A stretch of 64,000 nucleotides of DNA, taken from positions 33,472,001 to 33,536,000 of the forward strand of contig CP068257.2 in NCBI GenBank assembly GCA_009914755.4, read 5' to 3'. The DNA comes from the human T2T-CHM13v2.0 reference genome, Homo sapiens. The translations under genes were made by a program, and so were the position numbers. The stretch's first letter is position 1. The number at the start of each line of letters is the position of its first letter. Shown piece by piece: positions 11,601 through 25,706 of this stretch. The notes below the pieces were generated by a model, which did no database searches, was not told the DNA's origin, and worked only from the letters and a program-made list of their open reading frames with translations.

Positions 11601-13686
11601 CGGCTGTTCCAAGCTCTTGCCTCTCTCCCATGCTCTGCTTCACTGTCCTCCTGTCTCACAGCAGATTGTCCGGCCTCAGCTTCCTGCCTCAAATGCCCAG
11701 ATGAATGCATCTGTACCCAGACCCGTTTTTAATTCCTGCTCCTTATTTCCTCTCTCTCCTGCCAATCCCATCAGCCATGCTCTGACCTGCTTTCTCTCCT
11801 GCTTCCTCCAGACCTTGTTCCCTCAACCCTCTTCCCTCTCTGCAGTATCCTCATCTCCCTCTCTACTAGGCCTTCCCCTTAGCATAGAAGCACACTTACA
11901 TGTTTCCTCTGTGTACAAATAAACATAGCAATGAGTTTTAGAAAATGTTCCGTTCAACACGCTTTTCTTGACGTTCTCAATTTCATTGATTTCCAATTCC
12001 CCCAACTCCAGGCACACTCTCCTAGGGCCACACCCTGCATATTACCTGGAATTCTTCCTTCTCTGCCAGGATCCCTCTCACTGCCCATAATATTGTGTTA
12101 TCTTTTGTCATCATTCTGTGTGCCTACTACACCTGTTCTTTGATCTCTTAGGGGCTCCGATTGCTCCATTTCCTTGTTGCCTTCATTCCTATTGCTTAGT
12201 GGCCTGGATCTCATGGCTCTTGCCTTGAAGCCATGAAGCTCATGGCTTCAGCCTCTGTCTGTCTACATCTTCTTTCCCATTCTCATTTTTCCACCACACT
12301 CACTGGTAAACTCCATCCCTGGATTAATACAACCATCCACCCTTCCTACACCTGGACTACTGGTGAAGCTCACATACCATGAGGGTTGGTGCCCTATGCA
12401 GCTATAGCCTCCAGCTTGAACTGGAAGCTCAGCTATATCCCACTCTCCTTCCACAGGTCCCATAATACCTTCCTCTTCCATTCCCCTAAATCATTGTTTC
12501 TCTACAGTCTTCAAATCCCCCTTGGAACTATCTCTTCTCTTTCTTTTAGGGGGTGACAGGTCTTCTTAATACTCCAATTAATGAAAACTAACTCAAAGTA
12601 ACACCTTCAGTGCTCTGTCTCAAGCACTGGTTACAGATGCACCTACTCTCAGAGCCCTGAAATTTCCATGGAAAAAGTGATACCCACTTCTCACAGCTAA
12701 TGTTCCCACATGGACTCCAGATCCTATCCCCTACTTGCATCCTTCAGGGTCATGCCTTATTAATCATCTCATTATCTTTCATTTCTAGTAACTTTTGTTC
12801 TATTGCCTCTTCCCTCTAAGCACATATAATAACTATGTTTAAATCTCCATCCACAAACCAAATTAAAAATAAGAACAAAGCACAAAATTCATCCTTGATC
12901 TTATATCTTTCTATACTGTCCACTTTCTCTTTTGCTTCCATCACAGGCAAATTTTTGGAATTAATTAATGCTCTCCCTCATCTCATAAACCTTCTGGGGA
13001 CCTTGTTTCTGTTCCAGCATGCCACTCAAACTATCTTTAAATTACTGGGACTTTCCTATTCTCATGCACATTTGTTTCATGTTCTTCAACTTCTACAGGT
13101 GCTTTGTTGGGAGAAATTATCTCCTAGATTTCTATGATAGTTTACTCCAGGTTAACTCTTTCCTCCTCCCACCATTTCTTCTCATGATCTTCAACAGGTT
13201 TCTCTTCCTCTGCTTTTCTTTAAAGTGTTTCTCAATCCAAGAGCCCTATCGGAATCCTGCAAAACCTACCACTGAGTTCTCCTTGATGAAGTGTTTCCTA
13301 AATGAATCCCTTAACCAATTGAACTCTCTCATTTAGAGATACCCAATACTATGGAAATTTACCATCCTGATCATCATTTGTTCTTTGTATACTTTCCTTA
13401 TCTGGCCCATGAGTTCCTCATGAGCAGGGTCATGGCCCTATGTCTGGTTGTGGCTTACAGAGAAGACAGCCAGTCAGTACTTGTTTAATGTAACCCAGTT
13501 GAGCTGTTATCCTTTCTCTCTGTTGTCTGTTTACATTATATATTAGCTGCCCTTACAGAAGATCTGTCCTGCCTTTGTTCTTTTACTTGACTCTCATTTT
13601 AGGTCTTAGCAAATTTTGCAAACTTCTTTGAAGCACAAAGATTCTCAACACTATTTCTTACTTGCATTTATGTTCATCTTCTTTCC

Positions 13687-13705
13687 TTTTTTTTTTTTTT
13701 TTTTT
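13687..13705. repeat. poly(T) (~19 nt)
   Basis: Read directly. Confidence 0.9.
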
Positions 13706-14741
13706 GTACAAGTGTTCTTACGTCTGACTTTACCAGAGAATTTCCTGTTTGGCTACCTCTTGAGATACTTCCCCATTTTCTTCCCAGTCGGGATTGTGCT
13801 ATGAACAAGGACCCTTCCCTCTCCAGACTTGTTTCATGCTCACGTCTTAGAATTCCACCAATCTTTGCTCTAAGCTTTTAGAGTTCTGCCTCCTCAAAAG
13901 GCGGTCACCCACCTGACAATACCCAGCTCACCCATGGTTGGCTGTGGGAGGCTCTAGAGTAACCTGCTCCTTTTATCTCCAGGGCCCCCGTCACTTCCTC
14001 CTTGGTTAGAATAGATCCAGAGAAGCAGCTCTGCCTCGCTTCCTCTTTGGACTGAAGTCGATTTCTAGCAGCTGTCCCTGTGGGCTCCCTGCACCCGGGC
14101 CCCTCCCTCTGCAGTCACCCAACCTCTCTGGCAGCATCTGTGCTGTTTGATCCATGCCTGGAAAACATCAGTGCTTCCTCCATCTGGATGGGTGGTCTCC
14201 AGCATCGTCCCACTCTCCCTCCCTCCTTTAATCTTCAACCAAACTCTCTGTGCACATTCTTCCATCATGGTCACACATTTCACTCCAGGTGTATATGGCT
14301 TTGACTGGCTTAGCTATTGATCCTATTTCTTTTGAACATGGCATTTCCTAGACCTTGGTGTTCTAGGCCAATTAAAAACCTGCTTCCTTATATCCTGGTG
14401 AGGGCAAATAATGGTGTTTACCTTCCTGCATTAATATCCAACATGCATTTTATTTGTTAACTATATTTTATCCCTACTCATTTGGTACATGAACATAATC
14501 ACTCATTCTGTGCCTCTTCAAGTTATTCCTGACTGTGAATTACTTGACACCACTAGTATTATTTTTCTCTGTAAACTTTCCCAATATTTATTTGATACTA
14601 CACATTTTGCAGAACAAAGCCTCGATTATTTTTATTCTTTATTTTTTAATTTTGACTTTTAAAGTTCCTTATTTTCTATTTATTATTCTATTGTTCTATA
14701 CAACAAAGTTAATTATTACTGTTAACTTTTTAAAAAAAAAA

Positions 14742-15270
14742 CTTTTAAGTTCAAGGGTACAAGTGCAGGTTTGTTACATAGGTCAACTTGTGTCATAGGG
14801 GTTTGTTGTACAGATTATCTTATCACCCAATAGTTATTTTTCCTGATTGTCTCCCTCCTCCTACCTTCCAAACTCCAAAAGGCCCCATTGTGTGTTGTTT
14901 CTTTCTGTGTGTCCATGTGTCCTCATCACTTAACTCCCACTTATAAGTGAGAACTTGTGGTATTTGGTTTTCCATTCCTGTGTTAGTTTGCTAGGGATAA
15001 TGGCCTCCAGCTCTATCCATGTCCCTGCAAAGGACATGATCTTGTTCTCTTTTATGGCTGCGTAGTATTCCATCATGTATATGTACCATATTTTCTTTAT
15101 CCAGTCTATTATTTATGGACATTTAGGTTGATTCCATGTCTTTGCTATTGTGAATAGTGTTGCATAACTTAGTTCAGCCATTGTGGAAGACAGTGTGACA
15201 TTTCCTCAAAGACTTAAAAACGGAAATACCATTCAACCCAGCAATCCCATTACTGGGTAAATACCTAAAG
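14742..15270 (-). mobile_element. LINE-1 3'-end fragment
   Basis: The reverse complement matches the primate L1 3' end (...cccagcaatcccattactgggtaaatacc...; ...ggacatggatagagctggaggccattatccctagcaaactaacacaggaa...). Confidence 0.85.
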
Positions 15271-15937
15271 GGAGAACATTATTTTTTATTACTATTATTA
15301 TTTGACCATTTTGGGAGGTTATCTTCACGATTTATACATGATTTTCAGGAACCCCTATTTCAGTACAATAATTTATGATGCAGAAAATTAAATCCCATCC
15401 TGAGGATAATAGTAATAGTAGTATTAGTGGCAACAGCACTAGCAATAGTAGTAGTTATTCTATTAAATATCCAATACATATTTATTAAGCACCTATTATG
15501 GGCCAAGCACCCTGTTATATGTAGGGGAGAAAACAGTGGAATACATTCAAACTGTCCCTGACCCAGTGGAGTCTGCTGTCTCCTGAGGGGCTCACATATT
15601 CACATGAATAAAAATAAAAGTTAGACCTATGGTACAGGCATGGCAGAGGCTACTGGTCACCCCCCACTAACCCAATCCATCTGTAGATTTTTAGGGGTAG
15701 AACCTCTGAGGTAGCTGGACTCATGGCTGCTCAGCCAGAGACAGAGGCCATATCTCCCTCTTAACTGAGAGGGAGCATTCTATTTAATAAGCACTTCTAC
15801 TGCACTCCCTGACCGCTAGCCACTGTCCTAAGTCCTTTAAGCATACTAGCTCATCTTATCTTCTTGAGAACACTTTGAGGTAGACAGATGAGGAAACAAA
15901 GGAACAGAGAGGTTGAATATTTTAAGTCACACATCTC

Positions 15938-16280
<343 letters not shown>

Positions 16281-16424
16281 TAGCTTCAGAGTCAATGCTC
16301 CCTGTGTCTATGTATAGGCATAGATTTTTCAATATCATATGTGTGTGTGTACATACAACCTATATGTGTAAACACAAACCTGCAGACTGTGTGTATGTGT
16401 ACAGAGGTCACACCAGTCCTTCAA

Positions 16425-16742
16425 TTAATTAATTTATTTATTTATTTTTGGAGACAGGGTCTTGCTCTGTCTCCCAGGCTGGAGTGCAGTGGTGCTATCT
16501 CGACTCACTGCAACCTCTGCCTCCAGGGTTCAAGCAAATTCTTGTGCTTCAGTGTCCTGAGTATCTGGGACTACAACCAGGCACCACCACGCCTGGCCAT
16601 TTTTTTTTTTTTTTTTTGTATTTTAATAGAGATGGGTCTTCACCATGTTGCTCAGCCTAGTCTCAAACTCCTGAGCTCAGGCAAGCCACCCGCCTCAGCC
16701 TCCCAAAGTGCTAGGATTACAGGCGTGAGCCACCGTGCCTGG
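16425..16742 (-). mobile_element. Alu (full length), antisense, with TSD
   Basis: A (TAAA)n-type tail reverse complement (taattaatttatttatttattttt) is followed by ggagacagggtcttgctctgtctcccaggctggagtgcagtgg...gtgagccaccgtgcctgg. The TSD agtccttcaatt sits at 16415-16426 and 16744-16755. Confidence 0.95.
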
Positions 16743-17510
16743 TAGTCCTTCAATTTAATACTGCAAATTTAACCTTGCTTCACTGTACGGCATCAGCTCC
16801 TTGGACATCTACACGGACTGTGGACACCATTTGATCCAATGTATAGCTAGTTCTCCCCATGGCTATTCAACTATACGTGCCCCCAGTATTCAAAGGACAT
16901 TTGGAAACTCATCTGATATCTCCAAGTGCTGCTGCAAATAAGATCCTGATGCTGTTTTAGGCACCTGAGTAAAGTCAAAATCTAAGTACAACTATAACTA
17001 TGACAGTTTTAGAGAGATTCTTGGCTTACTGCTGTTGAGCCACTTACACAATTCTGCAGAGAATAAATGTAGGAGAGAGCAACCTCTTTCCTGCCACCTG
17101 ACCTTCACTTGGTGGTCAGTCGTGTGGAGCTGGACGTCACTGTCAGCTTCAGTGGAGTCCAACTGCTGACAGATAAGTGGGAGCACATGGCACGTGCGAG
17201 ATAAGAGCCTATAAGAGCCTGGCGGCCTGAAATAAATGGCAACAACAATGCTCTTCTAAGTGGTCTTCCGAGAAAGCCCTGTTATCATCAGCATTGTTCA
17301 CACTTAGTAACAACTTTCCTTGAATGGGGTTTTCAACATGTTTGTTCCTTTCAGTCTGAATTATCTGCCAGGGAAGAAACTCTTTCTAAAGTCCGTCAAC
17401 AGTTGTGAGATTGGGTTGAGGCTCTCAAAGGAGTTTCCGGCTGTTGTCAACACAGCAGGAAGGGGCAAGGATAAAGGGTGATTTAGGAGCCTGTGCCTGG
17501 GTAGGTCCTG

Positions 17511-17575
17511 CCAGAGCCAGCCCAGCCCAGCCCAGCCCAGCCCAGCCCAGCACAGCACAGCACAGCCCTGCCCAG
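17511..17575. repeat. Hexanucleotide repeat: (CCCAGC)n on the + strand, which is (GCTGGG)n on the - strand, followed by (CACAG)3
   Basis: ccagagccag cccagcccagcccagcccagcccagcccag cacagcacagcacag ccctgcccag read directly. Confidence 0.9.
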
Positions 17576-17856
17576 TAGGTCACGCGAGCGCCATCAGCCA
17601 AGGCTTTTGGAAAAACCTATGACAAGGTTTTCAGCTTTTCAGAGATGTGCCAGGACTAACACAGTGTTACTGGGGAGAAATTAAGAATGTATCCGACGTG
17701 TGATTCCCAACTTCATTTTCTGCCTACTCGCTTTAAACAGCCAGTATACAAGAGGCCACTCAGCCATGGAGAAAGTCCCTGAAAGTTCTACGAGATATTC
17801 TGATCTTAGTATATTGGGTTCTTAATCTGAACCATATTGAAAATTCCACCATGTAG

Positions 17857-18197
<341 letters not shown>

Positions 18198-18561
18198 CCA
18201 TCATAATTTTTCTGTAACTCCCCAGGTGACCAGTGCATCTGGCACAGTAATGCTCAATAAACAAGAGTTAAAGTGAACGGAAGATGCTAAATGCCACCGC
18301 CGATTGTCATCTACTGATGTATGTTTGAGAGAAATCTTACGGTGATTTCCCACAGCTGTCCTGGAGTCATATAAAGAGATATTTTGAGGGATTAATTCTA
18401 AATATTGGGAATGGAAAGAGAGAAAAGCTCTGAGAAAACTTCTTCATTTCGGTGATCAGGAGAAGATGTGTAAAGTATCATGACTTGCATTTTTACTCTC
18501 TGGACGAAGTTGTTTTCTTATTATTTTTTACTTTCATTTGTTCATTCACTCATTTACTGAT

Positions 18562-18735
18562 CCACAGGCTTTGGAGTCAGACCTAGGGCTGTACCATCCT
18601 ACTGTGCAGCTATGGTGGGCCATTGGGCAAGTCTCTGGTATCTCTAAGCCTCAATATCCCACCAAATGTAAAACTAATTCATTCAGTCAAGAGATGCTTT
18701 TAAGCACCTCCTAGGTTTCAGGTGTGGAAGAGAGT
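18562..18735 (+). mobile_element. MIR SINE fragment
   Basis: ggctttggagtcagacctagggctgtaccatcctactgtgcagctatggtgggccattgggcaagtctctggtatctctaagcctcaatatcc... matches the MIR 5' half and core (gctctggagtcagacagacctgggttcgaatcc...ctagctgtgtgaccttgggcaagttacttaacctctctgagcctcag). Confidence 0.55.
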
Positions 18736-18789
18736 GAGCAAGAGAGACACAGGCCCTACTTTTGTGGAGCAACTGAACATGAAAGTATC

Positions 18790-19500
18790 AAATTAGAATA
18801 TAGGTTTGAAGAAATGTGGAATGATGCACACAGACACAACAAGACAGAAAATATGAAAGGGTGAATAAGAATGATAAGGACTAGTTAAAATTTCAAAACG
18901 AGAGACTAGAGAGAGAAGAAATGTTTGAGGATAAAAGGTTGATGATTTTTCAGGTATTAGGAAAGACAAAGGCCTTAGGTCCAGAGGGGACATTTGTCCC
19001 CTCTGGATCTGGAGATATTTGTATTATAGTGACATTACAAAATGCCAGAGATGATAAAAATAACTTAAAAGCAGCCCTAGAGAAATGACAGACATCAAAA
19101 GGAATAATAATCAGATCAACAGAAGTTTTGACAATAATGGATCCGCAAAGACGATAAAATTCTAAGAGAAAATAACTTTGCCAAGCCACTCTACCTTTCA
19201 AAAACAAGGTTGAACACATTTTCATATAATAAGATGTAAGGACTCTCACCTTGAAAAAAAATCCTCATGAAAGGAACTTCTAAAGGACATACTTCGGGGA
19301 AAAAGGACATAAATACAGAAGAAATATCTCAAACCTCAGATATGATCAAGAGTGTGAGCAAAGAAAAATTGGTAGCCACGTGGATAAATCCAAACATACT
19401 TTGACTGAATAAACCAATAGTCACATTAATAACAAATTATAGAATAGAAAACATTGTGGAACTAAAAACCTAACTAATTAAATAATGGTAATAGTTTAGG
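18790..19500 (+). mobile_element. Possible ancient L1M-like purine-rich segment (ORF1/5' region)
   Basis: Strongly A/G-rich with L1M-ORF1-like wording (...agagactagagagagaagaaatgtttgaggataaaagg...). I could not align it confidently from memory. Confidence 0.3.
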
Positions 19501-21040
19501 TGAGAGGAAGATGGCCTGTACTACAGGATGGACAACGAAGAAAGGACATTAGAAAGCATGTTAGAGCAAGTATTAATAAAACCTGGGAACTGGAGATGAA
19601 GGTAAAGAAGAGGGAGGATTCAGGGATGCTCAAAGTTCTTTTCTTGGGCAAATTAACTTCTCAAGACCTCAGGTTCCATATTAGAATAGTGAATGGACTG
19701 CACGAAATGACATAGAATTATTTTTATTCTGCTATATTAAGTGTTCAATATGTGCCAGCAATTATTACTTCCACAATATTGAGAGAGTGTTTTGTTTGTT
19801 CCCCATGGGTGAGACAAAGATGACCTGAACATGATCTAAGTGCTGAATAAGCTTAAAATGTGGTAAAAGAAATACATACACTACTAAGTCTATTTCAAGC
19901 CAGAGTGTGATCCACATGCCATCAGGGAAGAGCAAACGTTGTTTTGAAAAGCAAAGGAAGAGGAGATGATCCTGCAGTGAAATCCGGGGAAGATTTTCTG
20001 AAAATGTCAAATGGGGCCCTGAAGATTCTTTAGGATTTAAAAATACATAGTTCTTATTTTAATGGTAATATATACCTGTAGGAAATCTGAAAAATTAAAA
20101 TAGTATAAAAAAGAATGAAATTACTTCCAAATCCTATTATCCAGAAATAATCACAGACAACAGGCTACTAGGCATCTCATCAGACTTTTCAAACTCTGAT
20201 TCTCTGTTTCTATGAAATACCTTAACAGTGAATGTTGCATATAACATCATAAAATGTTATGCTTTTATAAAATTTTTAAAGCTCTAGAGGGTTCAATTGT
20301 ATGGATGTGTCATAGCGTAGTGAACCAATCCTGGATGATCAGACACTAATTTTGTTCCTAATCGTTTACTTTTGCCACGGTACTGACATGCACTTTGCAG
20401 TTTTACATACTAAGAATAGAAGAAAAATGAACAATCATGATAGGATGTCTCAGGCATAGAAATCAAGACAAATAGAGGTAGAGTGTGCTCAAGAACATTG
20501 GTTCTTTCCAGTTTCACCGAAATGAGAAGTTTGTGTACACGAATGTGTAGAAACTAGATAGGGGAATAGTAGATGAAACTAGAGCCCATCGTGATGGGTT
20601 CTGAATGAATGATGTGTTTGGACATGATTAGGAAAGTAACTGGGAAGTTGATGATCAGATGTGCAGTTGAGAAAGTTGTATGTAATTAAAAGCAATAGAC
20701 AGTGTATGTCAGTTAAAAATGCTTTCTGCTGCAAGTAATAGTAAACACTTCAAAAAAGTGGCTAATAAAGAGTGTTTATATTTTTCATATAACCCAAATG
20801 GTGACAGCCAGCGGTGGCTGATTGGGTTCAGATGTTCAGTGATATCTACAGAAGGCGCCGGGTCTTCCTGATGCTATGCTCTGTGATGCTTAGAGCACAT
20901 TATTGGCTTTGTGCTTCCTGGCCACAGGATGACTGGTGTAGCTTCAGGCATCATGGCCTCAAATAAGAGCCAGAATCAGGGGTGTTGTTATGGCAGAGAA
21001 AAACCTGCTTGTGTCCCTCTCATCTTTAATCAGTACCTTA

Positions 21041-21505
21041 GTTTGCCAGGGTTGCCATAACAAAGTACCACAAACTGGTGGCTTAAAACAGCAGAAGTGT
21101 GTTCCCGAGGCTAGAAGTCGAAAAGCAAGGTTTTGGCAGGGCCACGCTCCTCTGAAGGCTCTAGGGAAGGATGCTTTCCTACATCTCTCCTAGCTTCAGG
21201 CGATTGCTGCAATCCTTGGCATCCCTTGGCTTGTAGCTGCATCACTCCAATTTCCGCCTCTGTCTTCACATGGTCTTCTTCCCTGTGTGTTTCCTCTGTG
21301 TCTCTGTATGTTCAAATCTACATCTTCTTACCCTTACAAAGATGCTAACCATTGGAATTAGGGTCCATGGTAATCTAGTATGACTTCATCTTAACTTGAT
21401 TAGATCTGCCAAGACCATATTTCCAAATAAGGCCACACTCCTAGGTGCCATGGATTAGGACTTGAACATACCATTGGGGGGGGGGTCAAAATTCAATCCA
21501 CTACA
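21041..21505. mobile_element. MLT1-type (ERVL-MaLR) LTR
   Basis: gttgccataacaaagtaccacaaactggtggcttaaaacagcagaagtgtgttcccgaggctagaagtcgaaaagcaagg...cttggcttgtagctgcatcactccaatttccgcctctgtcttcacatggtcttcttccctgtgtgtttcc...ccatatttccaaataaggccacactcctaggtgccatggattaggacttgaacataccattggggg...ttcaatccactaca. This is the characteristic wording of the MLT1-family consensus. Confidence 0.6.
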
Positions 21506-21719
21506 ATTGGGGACCAAAAATTGTTCTCACAATTTCCTGGTAGGTGCTCCTTCATAGCTCATGGCCAGTTCTGAGTCACTACTCATCCCTAGGCCTGGGG
21601 TGTACCCACTTTCTATGGATATTATGAGCTCTCTAGTTGATACTTGACAAAAGTCAGAATTCAAACAAGGGAGAAAAAAGGAGGAGTAGAGAATGTTTGC
21701 TAAATGGGCTACAGGATCT

Positions 21720-21850
21720 GCCACATAGAGGGACAACTTAGAAACATATATTCCATATATATGTTTATATATGGAATATTACATATATTACATAATATTA
21801 CATATATATGTTTGGAATATATATACATGGAATATATATATTTCGAAGGT
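21720..21850. repeat. AT-rich imperfect tandem repeat (tatatggaatat-like units)
   Basis: atatattccatatatatgtttatatatggaatattacatatattacataatattacatatatatgtttggaatatatatacatggaatatatata. Confidence 0.6.
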
Positions 21851-24800
21851 TGGTGCAAAGTGCAGTTTTGCCATTGTTTTTAATGGTATATATATAGTTG
21901 GACAAGACATAGGGACTGAACTAAAACAAAAGGCATAATATGTCAACAATATTTGTGGAGATAGACTCAATATACCTTGGAAACTACAATTATGAGCACA
22001 AGGGTCTATGTGCGGGGATGAGACCAATCTAGAATCTGGGAGCTACGGATCTCTGTGACCTTGATATTAAAAGAGTGAATAGAGGGCAATTTGGAAAAGG
22101 TGAGAAATAATTGAGCTGTAGAGAAACATATGCATGGTTAAAGATACAGTTCTATTGCTTTTTTATTAGTAATTTCCATTTCTAGCTCCACACACTCACC
22201 CATCCACTCAACTGACCTAAAGTGGGAAGGATATTTCCAGCCTAATAAATCTCTGGCAAGAACAGCAGCTCTCTGGCAAAATACTCAGCACCTGCCATGG
22301 AAATTAGAAGGCATTGGGATGACAGTTGCTTTTGTTTGGAGGATGAACATCAGGAGTGCTTGAGAAGTGACAGTGGAACTGCTTCCCTCTCACCATGTCT
22401 GTATTTGGATGTACATAGAATGTTTTAACCATTCCTGAGGTCCCATCTCCACGTACCTGAGCCTCTGGGGTGCAGACACACACCTGTGGTTTTTTCTATT
22501 AGTCACTTCCTTGGTAGGCCTCCAGCTGGAAGGAGGAAAGGACAACGTTGGAAGCCAAAGTCACCGCTTTGATTCTGGTAACCTTGTTGGAGATGCTGCA
22601 CTCTGAAAACACAGTACATCCATTTCCAGAAAGTGAAGCCTGGAAAATTAGTGCCTAATCGATTTCATTCATAAATCCCCATCATGGCAGCTTACATGAC
22701 GTTCAAGGAAAAACTTCTCAAGCCTCTCCATTTAAAATAAATGTTAGCTTTTATAGTAACATTGAGCAAAAGATTTATGTCCATTTTCTTCACATTGTTT
22801 GACTTCTAAGTGTCTTCCCCCACTTTTCATCCAAGGTAAACTTTCAAAAATGTTTTCCTTGAGGCTGGGCCTGTAGGAAATAATACATAGTAATCCCAGT
22901 ACTTTCACTGGCTGTGTTTCTGTCAGGATCATCTAGTAAATTCAGTGCCTTTAGCAATCTTATCTCTTATTTAGTAGGAGATTAAAGAACACAGAGCCAA
23001 TTATCCTCATTTTCTGGATGAAAAGACTGAGGTACAAAGGAGTTTGAAGACTTAATGTGGTTGCCCAATAGCTAGTGCCAAGTCTGGGGAAAAAATTGAC
23101 TTTCCCATCCCCTAAGATGAAAAGGCAGCCTCTAGTTTTCCTGTGGTTGGGCACAAACATTGAGGAAGATAGTTAAAAACACTAAATGATCCTAAAATGC
23201 ACATATATTGAATTGACATAAGCTATGTGCAAATGCTGAACACATTGTATCTACCATGTAGAACATAATCTATAAAATTTAACTTCTGTTTTCCCAATCT
23301 TTACCTGAGTGTGCATTTTTATATTAACATTTAGGTTGGGTACTTTAATATACTTGAGTTTGAACACAGTAATATCACAGAGTGATTTTTTGACCTAAAC
23401 CAGAAATTATCTCTCCTTCCAGCTGAGCAGCTGAGCAACCTTCGTCTTCTGTAGAAGAAGGGAAGAACAGTCCTCGTCTGCTCGTTTATTGAGACAATTT
23501 AGAATCTGTGTTTTAAAATGGTCCATGTATACTTGAGTGTGTGAGGGAATAAAAGTGAATTGAAATATGAGGAACTGAGTTAACAATTGAGTTCATCATC
23601 TAGGAAGATTGATTCCTGGATCTGCCACTGCTTTTCTGGAGGTCTCTGGTGGATCACATCACCTGCTCTGAACCTGCCTTTCCAGTGGTTGAGGTTATTA
23701 TGATACAGGAGGTCTAAATTTCCTTTCAGCTACAGAGTTTGTTATGCTTTGGATTGTGTCTCTCCCAAATTCATACGTTAAAGTCATAACTCCCGGTACT
23801 TCAGAATGTGGTCTTATTTGGAGATAGGCCCTTTACAGAGGTAATAAAGTTAATATGAGGTCATTAGAGTGGCCTCTAATCCAACACGACTCATGTCTTT
23901 ATAAAAAGAAGGGGTAATTTGGACATGTAACCATGTGATGACACAGGGAAAAGATCATCATCTGCAAATCCAGGAGAGAGGCCTCACAGGAAATGACTGC
24001 TGCTGACATCTTGATCTTGGGTTTTTAGCCTCAAGCACTATGAGACAATACATTCATTTTGTTCAAGACACCCACGCTGTGGCACTTTGTTATAGCTTCC
24101 TTAGCAAACTAATACAGAGTTCTCTCATTCTACTCTGTTTAATTGTGTCATTACACATTTAGTACTAGTTAGTAGCATTTTTGTAAATGTTTATATGTAT
24201 GCATTATCTTACTGAACCCTGACATTGTGTGAGGCAGGAATTATTGTCCTAATTTCACAGGGATTAGACACTCCATTACAGTTTAAAGATAAGTAAAGGC
24301 AGGCTCTCATGTAATTTGACCAAACTCAATGTTCTGGGGGCAGATCTGGGTCACAAATAAGAGGGCTCTTTCCAAAATTCATGCTGTGTCTTCTATTTCA
24401 TGTTGCTTTTTGAAGGATCATAAGAGCTTGTGTAATTGTTATAATCAGAAAATACATGCTTAAAAAACAGAAATAGGGAAAGTTAAGGCAGCTCTCCTGA
24501 GAACTTAGAGAAACACTGTCTAAACCGAAGAAGTTGCGGGTATCATCCATGAATGGAGAAATACAATGGGAACTCTTTTCTCCTCAATATATCTCATTTG
24601 CTTGCTTATTTAGCCCAATTTGGCTGGAAAGATAATCGTTGAGGCCAAAATCCACAAGACAAAGGAAGACACGATCTTTCAGAGAAAAAAAAAATATTCT
24701 GAGTGAAATATTCCTGTTCGCAAACTGTTAAATGTGCAGCTCCAAGGAGCACCCTTTAATACATCAAGAAAGGATTTATTGTCCTCACAATGAGGAGACG

Positions 24801-25406
24801 GGGCACACATGCTGCAGGAAGGGCTGCAGGTTGGCAGAATGTTCTGGAAGGCAATTTGGCAGCATGTCCCCAAAGCCTCCATACCCTTTGATCCAGAGTT
24901 CTACTTTTAGGGGCTTATCCTACCAAAACAATGCAGTCCAAAGTGGGGAAAATATGTGTATGAGAATGTCCTGAGCAGCTCAGGTATCTACCTCAGTGGT
25001 CAGAAGAGGAGCATGAGGTGGAAGAAGAGAGCTAGGACTTGAGGGTGCCAGCACTGGGCACCCAGACTCAGGACTGACTGTCAAGCAATCATGGTGAATG
25101 TTGACATGGGCACATGTATGTCTAATAACACGTGATGGTGTTCATGACATATGTTAAATACTAACAGAAAACATAGTAAAAATAGTGTATGTCGTATGAC
25201 ATGGATATGTGTATCTATGTACATGTACACACATGTGCATCCATGTACATATCTGCACAGACATGTTTACATGTGTTTGTACACACATAAGGGGTAGCAG
25301 GACTCAAATGACACACACCAAATGCTGACTATGGTTGTCCTTGTATCATAAAACCATGAAAGATAGGTTTATTTTTTCCATTTTCTTTGCTTATATAGTA
25401 ATTTCT

Positions 25407-25706
25407 TTCTTTCTTTCTTTTTTTTTTTTTTTGAGACACAATCTCACTCTGTCGCCCAGTGCAGTGGTGTTATCTCGGCTCACTGCAAGCTCTGCCTCCT
25501 GGGTTCATGCCATTCTCCTGCCTCAGCCTCCTGAGTAGCTGGGACTACAGGTGCGTGCCACCACGCTTGGCTAATTTTTTGTATTTTTAGTAGAGACGGG
25601 GTTTCATCGTGTTAGCCAAGATGGTCTCGATCTCCTGACCTCATGATCCACCTGCCTCAGCCTCCCAAAGTGCTGGGATTACAGGTGTGAGCCACAGTGC
25701 CCGGCC
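25407..25706 (-). mobile_element. Alu (full length), antisense, perfect 14-bp TSD, 7-bp internal deletion
   Basis: The T-rich tail ttctttctttctttt(t)n is followed by gagacacaatctcactctgtcgcccag^tgcagtggtg..., which lacks gctggag relative to the consensus. The element ends ...gtgagccacagtgcccggcc. The TSD atatagtaatttct sits at 25393-25406 and 25707-25720. Confidence 0.95.

Noticed and set aside
12170-12250. Short perfect hairpins (gccatgaagctcatggc, tcatggct...agccatga) as a possible regulatory structure
   Set aside because: They are 7-8-bp stems inside low-complexity pyrimidine-rich DNA. This is too short and too common to support a call.
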